From the IMG/VR virus record IMGVR_UViG_3300045988_055839: a stretch of 43,220 nt of DNA. One strand, written 5' to 3'. The position numbers and the translations under genes were made by a program. Under the pieces are notes generated by a model. That model had not been told where the DNA came from. It saw only the letters and a program-made list of their open reading frames with translations, and did no database searches. The stretch comes from a virus. The stretch's first letter is position 1. The number at the start of each line of letters is the position of its first letter. Positions 32,277 through 40,338 of the stretch are shown here, piece by piece.

Positions 32277-33823
32277 TATGCACTATACCCCCTTCGATTA
32301 AATAATGGTTCGTACGCATAACGTAAAGCCGAGATAGCATGGTCGTTACCGTCTGGATATCCGCTGATAACGTTCCCGTCCTTATCCCGGTCGTATTCGT
32401 ATTCCGTGATTTCTTTGTAAGCGTGCGGTGTCCGCTTCGGATCAATCACGAGAGTTCGTGCCTGCAGGAATTTGAATCCGTATTCAATGCTTCCCGGTCC
32501 TTTGATTGCTCCCCTGGCCGGGAGTCCGGCATCCCTATAGTCGTTTACGGACTTAGGCTCCGCGGAATCGCAGATAATCGTATAGTCATCATACCCTTTT
32601 TCTTTGATCCATTTTGCTGTTTTCTCATTGCTCCACTTATTCACGTATAGTTCGTCAATGAGATAGATTTTCTCCCGCGCCGAATCGTAGTAAGTCCGTA
32701 GGTAGCAATACTGATCCGGGTACCATCCGAAGTCAACGCCTGGATAGATACGGTCCATGTGGCTAATCTCTTCGTCTGTGATGTCTCGGATCTCCAGATA
32801 TTCAAACACGTTTCCGCCGTCTCCGTTCGGGATGCCGAGATACTCATGCTCGTACGCTTCCGGATTGACTTCTTTTAGATGTTCCGCGTCCTCGATGAAC
32901 TTCTTTCCGAGCCATTCCGGCGGCGCGTCTGTATAGCACGAGTGGTGTATCACTCTTTTCGGATTCGGCACGAGCTTGATTCGGTTGACCCAGTTACTTT
33001 TGCTTTTGGGAGGGTTGTAGGATGAGAAATCATAGGATATGTCACCGCCTCGCAAAACTGACTGATTCACGGAACGCTCCTGTGCGTCGCCTTTCATCTG
33101 GTCTTTCTCCTCTTTCCAGAGGATTCCTATATACCCAAATTCCGGCTTAATGGATTTCAGTTTTGTTTCGTCATCCAGTCCGCGAAAGTATATCGTCTGT
33201 CCAGTCTTGATATACTTAATTTCGAGCGGAGACACCTTAAACTCGAACTCTTCCATCAGCCCCAGCTCATTAATCGCCCATTTCATGTTGGCATACACGG
33301 AATCTTTCAGTGTCCCGGCTACCTGTCTTGTGATACACGCGTGCATCTGCGGGTTATTCTTGAGGATTTCAACGATTTTGAAAGCCACATAGGACGATTT
33401 CAGACCGCCACGCCCGCCCTCAAACACGTATTCAATGTTAGGCTCAATCCGCCGGTTGATGTCCACGAATGCTTTTCCAATCACCCTTGCAGGCAGCTCA
33501 TACACCGCCGTGTCTGCTTTCTTGTCCGCCACAAGCTGCTCCCACTTCTCAACAGCCATCATATTTCCCTCGATGGCCTTACTATACACCGACGCTACGA
33601 TCCGCGCGTTATTGTTCGCATTTTCATCGTCAATTCCAAGCTTTGCGAGAGACTTTTTTGCCTGCGCAGGTGCCGGGTTCTCGGCTATCATCTTAGCCAG
33701 TTCGGAAAGGGTCTTTTTCTGCCTGCGCACCTGTCCAGACTTGATACCGCCTTTTCTGGCGTTCTCTCTTACCTCGCTCTTACTTCTCCGGTTTGTCGGT
33801 ATTAAGTTTTGTTCGTTCGCCAT
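32276..33823 (-). CDS. terL: Terminase large subunit (PBSX-type) with a basic N-terminal extension of about 120 aa
   Basis: Walker A FEGGRGGLKSSY, ATPase and nuclease regions over the remaining ~390 aa. The N-terminus NRRSKSEVRENARKGGIKSGQVRRQKK resembles small-terminase DNA-binding N-termini. Confidence 0.9.
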   Translation of the reverse strand: MANEQNLIPTNRRSKSEVRENARKGGIKSGQVRRQKKTLSELAKMIAENPAPAQAKKSLAKLGIDDENANNNARIVASVYSKAIEGNMMAVEKWEQLVADKKADTAVYELPARVIGKAFVDINRRIEPNIEYVFEGGRGGLKSSYVAFKIVEILKNNPQMHACITRQVAGTLKDSVYANMKWAINELGLMEEFEFKVSPLEIKYIKTGQTIYFRGLDDETKLKSIKPEFGYIGILWKEEKDQMKGDAQERSVNQSVLRGGDISYDFSSYNPPKSKSNWVNRIKLVPNPKRVIHHSCYTDAPPEWLGKKFIEDAEHLKEVNPEAYEHEYLGIPNGDGGNVFEYLEIRDITDEEISHMDRIYPGVDFGWYPDQYCYLRTYYDSAREKIYLIDELYVNKWSNEKTAKWIKEKGYDDYTIICDSAEPKSVNDYRDAGLPARGAIKGPGSIEYGFKFLQARTLVIDPKRTPHAYKEITEYEYDRDKDGNVISGYPDGNDHAISALRYAYEPLFNRRGYSA

Positions 33824-33853
33824 TCCATCATCTCTGTTCCCTTTCCTGCAGCT

Positions 33854-34216
33854 TTATTTCTTTACCCAACTCTTTGTTTTACCGTCCCACCGAAAGCCTT
33901 TTTCTTTTAACATGCTTCGTATGTTGTAAGTTTGTCCCGAAACGCTGTTTACTTTGTCCCATCTGATACCATAGCTCTCAATTCCTCTGGAATCATCATA
34001 GCTCACAATACCATGTTGGATTTTGTAAGTAACATCCCGCGTATTGGCTTTCGGGTTGCTGTTATCGAACGTTCCATAGGCTTTTACGATCTCAATTCCG
34101 CCTTTTTCGTTCTTTCTCTCTACGGCATCATAGACATCATCTCTATAATGTGCCCCGTAGATTGAATTTCTACGGTAGAATGTCGTAATTGTCTGTTCTT
34201 TCGCTCTCGGGTCCAA
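33854..34216 (-). CDS. Hypothetical protein (120 aa) with a C-terminal ...LKEKGFRWDGKTKSWVK motif
   Basis: Track ORF upstream of TerL. The C-terminal motif type occurs in various phage and plasmid DNA-associated proteins. No firm family assignment. Confidence 0.65.
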   Translation of the reverse strand: MDPRAKEQTITTFYRRNSIYGAHYRDDVYDAVERKNEKGGIEIVKAYGTFDNSNPKANTRDVTYKIQHGIVSYDDSRGIESYGIRWDKVNSVSGQTYNIRSMLKEKGFRWDGKTKSWVKK

Positions 34217-34266
34217 TGCTGATTGGCTTTTCCTGCCTATTCCGCTTGCCCCCCTCGTCCGCCCAT

Positions 34267-34887
34267 CTAGGTTCCCTCCTTCTTGTATCTCTCCTGGAAC
34301 GCTGCGACCTTTTCCACGTCCCCTTCCAGTTCTTCCGGAACTTTCCCGAAGAAGATCACATGCTCCGGTGATAATCGTTTCATCATTTCTTCATATCCCC
34401 GCAGGAATGCCGACTTTTTCGCCTTGCTGTTCTGCGTTCCCACACTGGATACTGCCACCACGCTTCCCACCGGCTCGCCATCAAAGCACCACTCGAACGA
34501 GCTTTCATCGCTCCATGCGATCGTAGGTATTACACGCAGTCCATTCATCTGCATATATGCCGCGCACCAGTGTTTTCTGTAATGGTTATAAATCTGCATG
34601 GCTTTTGGAAAGTCTGTGTACATGCTGAAATCCGGTGAAAGCACGTAGTCATAGTCTCTCAGTACCTCAATATACCTGTCCGGGTTGTTCCATACCCGTT
34701 CGAACTGGTAGTCATCCAGGAAGAAATGAACGCCTTTCCCGGCTCTTTTCGCTGTGCTGGCCGCGTAGTTGAATCCGATCCACTCGCACGGCTCGTACTC
34801 TTTCGGCATAATCTCGGGAATCCCGTACTCTCCCACGCCGGAGAAGATCATTTTCTCGAGATTGTCGTAAGTCTTGTTTGTAGGCAT
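34267..34887 (-). CDS. DUF4417-family protein (206 aa)
   Basis: GVHFFLDDYQFERVWNNPDRY...VLSPDFSMYTDFP...IPTIAWSD matches my recollection of DUF4417. ATG 34887 lies 6 nt after GGGGGTGA. Confidence 0.75.
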   Translation of the reverse strand: MPTNKTYDNLEKMIFSGVGEYGIPEIMPKEYEPCEWIGFNYAASTAKRAGKGVHFFLDDYQFERVWNNPDRYIEVLRDYDYVLSPDFSMYTDFPKAMQIYNHYRKHWCAAYMQMNGLRVIPTIAWSDESSFEWCFDGEPVGSVVAVSSVGTQNSKAKKSAFLRGYEEMMKRLSPEHVIFFGKVPEELEGDVEKVAAFQERYKKEGT

Positions 34888-34895
34888 AAAAATCA

Positions 34896-34940
34896 CCCCC
34901 ATACTAATACACTTCTATTCTTAGTGTACTGGTATGGGGG
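34896..34940 (-). terminator. Long hairpin (CCCCCATAC...GTATGGGGG) whose 3' arm contains the DUF4417 RBS; terminator or translational control element
   Basis: Minus strand: CCCCCATACCAGTACACTaagaatagAAGTGTATTAGTATGGGGG followed by TGATTTTT-ATG. The GGGGGTGA Shine-Dalgarno sequence lies within and next to the stem. Confidence 0.5.
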
Positions 34941-34998
34941 CTTTTCGTTGTACCCTTTTTGTTACTCTTCTGGATATGTTTCTGTTTTTTCTTCTTCC

Positions 34999-35910
34999 TT
35001 ATCCGCTATAGTCCTCAAACCTTTTTACCTTCATGAACGTGTAGACAGAATTGACCCATCTTTGCATTTTCTTTAGTGTATCGCCGCTTCTTAATTTTTG
35101 CTTATCATATATCATTACATAAGGTCGATATCCTATATCTCGAAGCGTATAGATTCTATCTAAATCTTGTTCTACTGTGCTGTCAAACCCGCAGAGGACG
35201 TACACTGTCATTTTGTGATAGTCCCACCCAGTTTTTGCTTTAAACATCTCAAATTTGGGGATTATTTTTTCCTTGTCTTCATATCTGTCCCACGCAAAGT
35301 GTATTTGTTTTATTTTCATGTTCTTTATATACTCTGCTTTTTCCTCGGACATTATGCGAATATCGCATCCTTGTGAAAAATCTATATACGCTTTGCTTTT
35401 GATAAGCTGTTCACTTAAGTTACGCCATTCCTGGCACGCAAACATATTTGGATCAAGTAATACTATATTTCTTTGTCCGTTCCAAAATTCATTTAAATTT
35501 GCAACTTTCCTTGAGCATTTTCCCTCTTTTTCTCCTACTATGCAAAACTTGCATCCTCTCGGACAACCTCTTGTCAAAAATCCATATGCCGTATCTTTGC
35601 ATATATCATGATATAATGAATAATCCGGATAAATGTGTTCTATTTCATAAGGAAGAGGATTCCCACCAGTTGGATAATCATATCCTGTTCCACCTCTAAT
35701 AATTTTATTCGCGCAAATTGGATGCGCATAGTCCGGTGAAAAAGTGAATACTTTACTCATATACACCAAATCATAAGGTTTTTTCCATGCCATCAACGGG
35801 TCATACCATTCTACAAGATCCCCGTTTGCCTTATGATATGCAGAAAGCTTCATCAAAGGAAGATTAGGGAAGTTATGACCGTCAACATCAATAAGTCCAA
35901 TTTTCATCAT
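34999..35910 (-). CDS. Radical SAM enzyme (303 aa) with an N-terminal B12-binding-like region
   Basis: CxxxCxxC cluster motif in FLTRGCPRGCKFCIV. N-terminal MKIGLIDVDGHNFPNLPLMKLSAYHKANGDLVEWYD is Rossmann-like. The gene is markedly AT-rich relative to its flanks. Confidence 0.85.
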   Translation of the reverse strand: MMKIGLIDVDGHNFPNLPLMKLSAYHKANGDLVEWYDPLMAWKKPYDLVYMSKVFTFSPDYAHPICANKIIRGGTGYDYPTGGNPLPYEIEHIYPDYSLYHDICKDTAYGFLTRGCPRGCKFCIVGEKEGKCSRKVANLNEFWNGQRNIVLLDPNMFACQEWRNLSEQLIKSKAYIDFSQGCDIRIMSEEKAEYIKNMKIKQIHFAWDRYEDKEKIIPKFEMFKAKTGWDYHKMTVYVLCGFDSTVEQDLDRIYTLRDIGYRPYVMIYDKQKLRSGDTLKKMQRWVNSVYTFMKVKRFEDYSG

Positions 35911-36206
35911 AACTCCTTCCCGTGCAAAAGCAGCAATCTATACAGCTCCTCGATTGTCTTCCGCCTGTACCCCTGGAAATCTTTCCGCTGCATTGGGATG
36001 TACTGCACCTGGCTGATCCGGTCATATCCAATTCCAAGCGTAAGATTCGCGAACAGGGCACTCGATATCTCCGGGCAAGTCTTCTGTGCGGCCTGTAAGA
36101 TAAGATTCTGGTCGTAGTCGTGCGCGTTTCTGCAATATGATACGATCTTATCCCCAAGTTCTTTCGAAATCCCGTAATCTTTCAAAAATGTGCCACGAAT
36201 GCTCAT
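35907..36206 (-). CDS. Hypothetical protein (99 aa)
   Basis: AAAGGAG RBS; ATGA overlap with the radical SAM gene. Possibly a small regulator; no family recognised. Confidence 0.65.
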   Translation of the reverse strand: MSIRGTFLKDYGISKELGDKIVSYCRNAHDYDQNLILQAAQKTCPEISSALFANLTLGIGYDRISQVQYIPMQRKDFQGYRRKTIEELYRLLLLHGKEL

Positions 36207-36225
36207 GGTGCAGCTCCTTTCTGCG

Positions 36226-36423
36226 TTACGCTTCTTTTACCTCATCTCTTAACTGGCAGAATTTGTAGGTGACGCAATACTCTCCCACACTGAATACCGC
36301 AATATGTGTAGAGATATCAACCAAAGTTGCATCACTCCACTGATACGAATTTACGTTGCCATCCGCGATTGACGGGCGGCGGATCTTATACCTGTTCCCT
36401 ATCACAAGTTCTTCTTTTGTCAT
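36226..36423 (-). CDS. Hypothetical protein (65 aa)
   Basis: Track ORF with an AAGGAGAG RBS. Confidence 0.55.
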   Translation of the reverse strand: MTKEELVIGNRYKIRRPSIADGNVNSYQWSDATLVDISTHIAVFSVGEYCVTYKFCQLRDEVKEA

Positions 36424-36518
36424 TTTGATTTTTTCTCTCCTTCTTCATCCAAGTTCATGCTTTCTAAGTCTTCAATTAGCTTGCTATATTTACTTAATGT
36501 CTGATCTTCTTTTACCAT
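36420..36518 (-). CDS. Small acidic ORF (32 aa), coupled at both ends
   Basis: Its ATG overlaps the ImmA stop (AGATGGTAA) and its TGA overlaps the next ATG (ATGA). Translates MVKEDQTLSKYSKLIEDLESMNLDEEGEKKSK. Confidence 0.35.
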   Translation of the reverse strand: MVKEDQTLSKYSKLIEDLESMNLDEEGEKKSK

Positions 36519-37096
36519 CTTAAATACCCCAAAAATTTTCCTCGATTAGATGCAACTTCTACCGACACATTAAAATACTCTGCAATCTTGGAAGTATCTA
36601 CTACGTTACCGTCCGCAATCCTTTTAAGAACTGTAAGATATTCCGATGCTGGCATTAAAAAAGCTGCTGCAAACTCATTTGCTTGATATTCTTTTTCGGA
36701 GCTTCCTATTCGATGATAAATGTTATTCTCTTGTCTTGCCCATAACTCTTTATTAGTTCTATATCCCATATGAAGAAAGAGATGTCCTAATTCATGCGCA
36801 ATTGTAAATCTTTCTCTTTTTTCGTCTTGATATGGGGATACAATAATCCTAAATCCATCCCCTTCCTTTTCAACTGCGCCATCTGAAAATGAAGTTTCTT
36901 TTTGGATAGTACCACCTAATATTTCAACAATATCACCAATATTCTGAATCGGAACAGAAATGTCATATACATTTAGTATATCTTCTGCTAATGAATTAAT
37001 CATTACTTTAGTTGGCTTTAATACATCATATCTATTCTCTCCCTCATACGGCTCATACAGTGCGCCACATCTGTCACATTTGTATGCTCTACTCAT
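36512..37096 (-). CDS. ImmA/IrrE-family metallopeptidase (DUF955), 194 aa, with a chimeric zinc-ribbon-like N-terminus
   Basis: HELGH (HExxH) followed by ...EKEYQANEFAAAFLMP, typical of ImmA/IrrE. The first ~25 aa (MSRAYKCDRCGALYEPYEGENRY) are encoded in higher-GC DNA; the rest is AT-rich. Confidence 0.8.
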   Translation of the reverse strand: MSRAYKCDRCGALYEPYEGENRYDVLKPTKVMINSLAEDILNVYDISVPIQNIGDIVEILGGTIQKETSFSDGAVEKEGDGFRIIVSPYQDEKRERFTIAHELGHLFLHMGYRTNKELWARQENNIYHRIGSSEKEYQANEFAAAFLMPASEYLTVLKRIADGNVVDTSKIAEYFNVSVEVASNRGKFLGYLRW

Positions 37097-37386
37097 TCTT
37101 CCTCACCTCCTCCAAACCCTTCAAAGACCGTTTTAACTACTCCTCTTGTCACTTCTGGCATTACAGCATAAGGCATAGCAATTCCTTTTTGGATATATCG
37201 CTCTGCCGACTTCGCGATCTGCTCCTCCAATCTCTCATACCGCGCAAGCTTCTCGGCGGTCTCATTCAGTACCTGGCATTCATCTGACGCGCAGTATTCC
37301 CCGTCATACGGGCAACTGGTACCGCACTGCTTAATATATGCGGTACCGTCAAAAGAATCTTCGGTAAGTCTTTTCACTCTTCCCAT
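37093..37386 (-). CDS. Hypothetical Cys-rich protein (97 aa)
   Basis: Met11 of the track ORF (GGAGGAGTGAAG RBS). Contains CGTSCPYDGEYCASDEC. Confidence 0.6.
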   Translation of the reverse strand: MGRVKRLTEDSFDGTAYIKQCGTSCPYDGEYCASDECQVLNETAEKLARYERLEEQIAKSAERYIQKGIAMPYAVMPEVTRGVVKTVFEGFGGGEEE

Positions 37387-37388
37387 CT

Positions 37389-37688
37389 TCACTCCTCCGG
37401 CATATCTGTATACCAAATTTTTTCGATTTCTTCCGCCAACAAAACCATGCTTTGCGTTTGTCCCTTATATACCGGCCCACACAGAATCTCTACTGCTTTG
37501 CACTGTGCGCTCTGTTTTGCAATCAGATGCAACACTTCCATCGCTCTTTCTTCTGTTTTGTAAGTTCCAAGCTGTTCGAATTGGTCTGCGCAGATTTTAA
37601 AACAACCTCCAACCGTCTCAGCCACATAAAGCACTCTGCAAGTATCAATATTGAAGATTGCTTTCTTGTCCTGTCTTCTAATCAGCAT
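37389..37688 (-). CDS. Hypothetical protein (99 aa), paralogue of 37678..37986
   Basis: Met17 of the track ORF. Shares its layout with the upstream gene (MLIRRQDKK.../MIIKSQNKD..., YKTEERAMEVL/YKTKKKAEKVL, ending ...MPEE/...MPAEEEE). Confidence 0.6.
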   Translation of the reverse strand: MLIRRQDKKAIFNIDTCRVLYVAETVGGCFKICADQFEQLGTYKTEERAMEVLHLIAKQSAQCKAVEILCGPVYKGQTQSMVLLAEEIEKIWYTDMPEE

Positions 37689-37986
37689 CTTCTTCCTCCT
37701 CTTCTGCTGGCATTTGATACACATATTCCTGTGCAAGCGCTTGATACACGGTTACACGGATTCCGCCGATCCCTCTACCCGCGTAAATGATTTCATCTGC
37801 TTTGCAGCATCCAATTTGCTCAGCAATTTCATCAAGAACCTTTTCTGCTTTCTTTTTTGTTTTATAGACTCCTACTACACCTGCTCTTGTCTCGATACCA
37901 TACCGGCCGTCCGGTCCGCAGAACATATGGAAATCATTTCCGTATGTATCTACCACAAGATCTTTGTTTTGACTCTTAATTATCAT
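37678..37986 (-). CDS. Hypothetical protein (102 aa), paralogue of 37389..37688
   Basis: Met9 of the track ORF, with an AAGGAGAAGGA RBS. Confidence 0.6.
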   Translation of the reverse strand: MIIKSQNKDLVVDTYGNDFHMFCGPDGRYGIETRAGVVGVYKTKKKAEKVLDEIAEQIGCCKADEIIYAGRGIGGIRVTVYQALAQEYVYQMPAEEEEEDAD

Positions 37987-38115
37987 TCCTTCTCCTTTTT
38001 CCTCACGCAAATCTCAACTGTTCCTGGCTGTCATCGATATTCAGATTCGGCACCCGCTCCCCTACTTTTAGGTATGGGCAGTTGTCTTCTACCAGTTTCT
38101 GCGCCATAATCGGCA

Positions 38116-38304
38116 CTACACTGTCATTTTAGCTCCGCACTTCGGGCAGAACTTCCATTTTGCTTTGATATATTCTGTACTGGATCTTCCTGTTTCAACT
38201 GCATCATAACTCTCAATCTGAAAGCCACAACCAGAGCATTCAGCATGGATATAGTCGTTGTGCTCTTCTCTACTTTTCCACTTTGCTTTTTTCGTTTTTC
38301 CCAT
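38116..38304 (-). CDS. Small zinc-ribbon protein (62 aa)
   Basis: CSGCG...CPKCG motif. Confidence 0.6.
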   Translation of the reverse strand: MGKTKKAKWKSREEHNDYIHAECSGCGFQIESYDAVETGRSSTEYIKAKWKFCPKCGAKMTV

Positions 38305-38443
38305 GGTTCCTGCTCCATTCCTTCAGATACTGTTCCTGTTCTTCATCCTCCCGCGGATCCTTCGGTCGCTCCGGCGGGTCAAGTACCATTTTTGTGCACG
38401 CCAGAACCGCAGCGCAAAACAGAATTATTCCGATTATTTCCAT
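38270..38443 (-). CDS. Small N-terminally anchored membrane protein (57 aa)
   Basis: ATG 38443 with GGAGGA upstream. Translates MEIIGIILFCAAVLACTKMVLDPPERPKDPREDEEQEQYLKEW.... Below the track cutoff; overlaps the next gene by 35 nt. Confidence 0.4.
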   Translation of the reverse strand: MEIIGIILFCAAVLACTKMVLDPPERPKDPREDEEQEQYLKEWSRNHGKNEKSKVEK

Positions 38444-38526
38444 TTCCGTCCTCCTCTCCGACGATTCTTTTTCTTGCCTTGTCCCACTCTCGTAAAAGCG
38501 GGAGCGGAAAGTTGTTTTTTGGGTAT

Positions 38527-38955
38527 TTACTTTTTCGTGCCATTTTCGTTCACTCCAAAGCCAAACTCTTTTGCGAGATCCATATCCTCAAATTCCAGCG
38601 TCGCGCCGGTCTTTTCGTGCAACTCCTCGTACATCTTAGCCAGACCTACACTGTTCATTTTCCGTACTGCCGCAGTGTAGTTGTCCATGTACCGGTCAAG
38701 CGCCTTTTTGTACCCCCAGGTCTCATATATCGCCAGTGCCGAGCACACGACGTTCGCCGCGCTGATGCAGTCCTCTGCTTTCAGCAGCTTTTCCTGTGCT
38801 TCTTTCTGGTAGGCTTCGGACAGGTTTCTCTGCATCCTGTCCACCCATTTCCGCAGGATCTCGAGCTTTACGCCTGTGATCCCGCTCACTTCTGCGGCCG
38901 TCATCAACTCAGGGCTTAACCGCGTTGACGGCTTTTTCTTCAATTTGTTGCTCAT
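38527..38955 (-). CDS. Hypothetical replication-module protein (142 aa)
   Basis: Track ORF downstream of the replisome organizer gene. No family recognised. Confidence 0.65.
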   Translation of the reverse strand: MSNKLKKKPSTRLSPELMTAAEVSGITGVKLEILRKWVDRMQRNLSEAYQKEAQEKLLKAEDCISAANVVCSALAIYETWGYKKALDRYMDNYTAAVRKMNSVGLAKMYEELHEKTGATLEFEDMDLAKEFGFGVNENGTKK

Positions 38956-39054
38956 AGGTCCCTCCCCTGTCCTTTTCTTAGTGTTTCATCATCTGGAAGA
39001 AGCAAAACGCTACTGTTGCGCAGATAATTGCTGTTTTGATTACTGATACCATGC

Positions 39055-39876
39055 TTAACCTCCTGTCAATGCCTGCTCCAACGCCGCGAAATCGTAGTCA
39101 CGTTGATTAAAGTTGTTAAATTTGTTTTCTTTCTGCTGCTTCGTCGGCTCTCTTTTTCCCGGCTCATAATTCGCGTCGAGATAATCCACGTAACCAGAAT
39201 TGAAAAAGGTACTGCCGTACTGCGGCTTTCTCCAGTCCTCCTTTTCCAGTTCCGTCTTATACCTCTGAATTGCTCTCTCAAGCTCTTCCTGCCCGATTTT
39301 AAGCAGTTTTTTCTTTGCTGTATCACTTACCTGCCCCTTGCCTTTTTTGTTCGGATACAGGCTCCACAGCCGCTCGAAAAGAATCTTTGCTTCTTTGGTT
39401 TCCTCCGCCTTTTTCGACGGCTTCGGCTCTTCGTGTTCCTCTTGCTTCTCCTCTACCGGCGGTGGTGTTTCCTGCTCCACAGCTTCTATTTTCGCCTGTT
39501 CCCTGTACCGCGCCTGCCGCTTCCGGTTGCTCGCCCGGATCTGTTCCAGCGCGGCTACGTTCTGATGTTCTTCCCATCCAGGGATCAGAAGCGTGTTTTC
39601 CTCGTTTCGGCTTATCATTCCCATACTTTCCAGCGCTTTCATGGCTACCAGAATAGTACTTTCTGGGAATCCAAGCTCATTTGCGAGCATCGCCGGAGTA
39701 TACGGGATGTTTTCGGTAAGGAAAATATATCCATTGGAATTGCACCGCCCTGCAAGAGTCAGCAGCATGACCCAGATAAGAACGATGTTGTTTCCCTCCG
39801 GCAGGCCGCGCAGATACTTGATCTTTCGATTATCGAACATGTCTATCGACATCTTAACCCACTTAACCTCGCCCAT
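39055..39876 (-). CDS. Phage replisome organizer (N-terminal domain type), 273 aa
   Basis: MGEVKWVKMSIDMFDNRKIKYLRGLPEGNNIVLIWVMLLTLAGRCNSNGYIFL is the characteristic Phage_rep_org_N start. ATG 39876 follows GAAGGTG. Confidence 0.85.
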   Translation of the reverse strand: MGEVKWVKMSIDMFDNRKIKYLRGLPEGNNIVLIWVMLLTLAGRCNSNGYIFLTENIPYTPAMLANELGFPESTILVAMKALESMGMISRNEENTLLIPGWEEHQNVAALEQIRASNRKRQARYREQAKIEAVEQETPPPVEEKQEEHEEPKPSKKAEETKEAKILFERLWSLYPNKKGKGQVSDTAKKKLLKIGQEELERAIQRYKTELEKEDWRKPQYGSTFFNSGYVDYLDANYEPGKREPTKQQKENKFNNFNQRDYDFAALEQALTGG

Positions 39877-40237
39877 CGTCCGCACCTTCTTTCAGACTCA
39901 TTCCCGCTTCGTATTCGCGGAATATTGTCATCCAGTCGTCGAGTTCCATCGTGACCAGGATCTTATGATTGTTTCTTTTGTGGAATACTGCGGGCAAAAC
40001 GTCTTTTCCACTTTCTTTCGCGTCGTGTTTCGCCTGATCTATCCAATCATAGAGTTGCATTCGCTCTTGATGTTTCGCTTCCACGTGGATTCCCGGGAGG
40101 CCTACAACATCGGATGCGTCACCGGTATTTCCGCAGTATTGCGCGGTCCGGCGGGACTCCGTGTAGCCATACTCCCGGAACTTTCTGGAAAGCTCCAGCT
40201 CGAAGCGTTTCCCTTTCTGTTTGCTGTTAATCGGCAT
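39863..40237 (-). CDS. PD-(D/E)XK nuclease, putative Holliday junction resolvase (124 aa)
   Basis: MPINSKQKGKRFELELSRKF...DASDVVGLPGIHVEAKH shows the D...E-x-K motif. Start at Met32 (AAGGGG RBS); the longer form from 40330 has no RBS. Confidence 0.65.
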   Translation of the reverse strand: MPINSKQKGKRFELELSRKFREYGYTESRRTAQYCGNTGDASDVVGLPGIHVEAKHQERMQLYDWIDQAKHDAKESGKDVLPAVFHKRNNHKILVTMELDDWMTIFREYEAGMSLKEGADDGRG

Positions 40238-40338
40238 CTCTGCCCCTTTCCGGCGGCTCCAGCCAGCCGCCTTTTTTGTCGTGACATATAAAACATGAAC
40301 CGTTTTGAGATACTCTGTTGACAGTTCCATGCTGGACT

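Noticed and set aside
38003-38107. 34-codon minus-strand ORF (MAQKLVEDNCPYLKVGERVPNLNIDDSQEQLRFA) in the gap between 38116..38304 and 37678..37986
   Set aside because: It has no Shine-Dalgarno sequence and it overlaps the RBS and start region of the next gene. It could be real through translational coupling, but the evidence is too weak to list as a feature.
38980-39052. 23-codon hydrophobic minus-strand ORF (MVSVIKTAIICATVAFCFFQMMKH) with a GGAGG RBS after the replisome organizer gene
   Set aside because: It is plausible as a micro-peptide, but it is very short and the RBS is simply the end of the upstream coding sequence. There is not enough support.
39103-39954. 283-aa plus-strand ORF (also 38245..38919, 33435..33929, 27566..28117, 25295..25801, 20348..20884, 17934..18386, 9312..10001 and 6474..7022 on the opposite strand of int)
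   Set aside because: These are shadow ORFs antisense to strongly supported genes. They have low-complexity Ser/Leu/Phe/Cys-rich composition, no RBS, and often non-ATG starts in the track.
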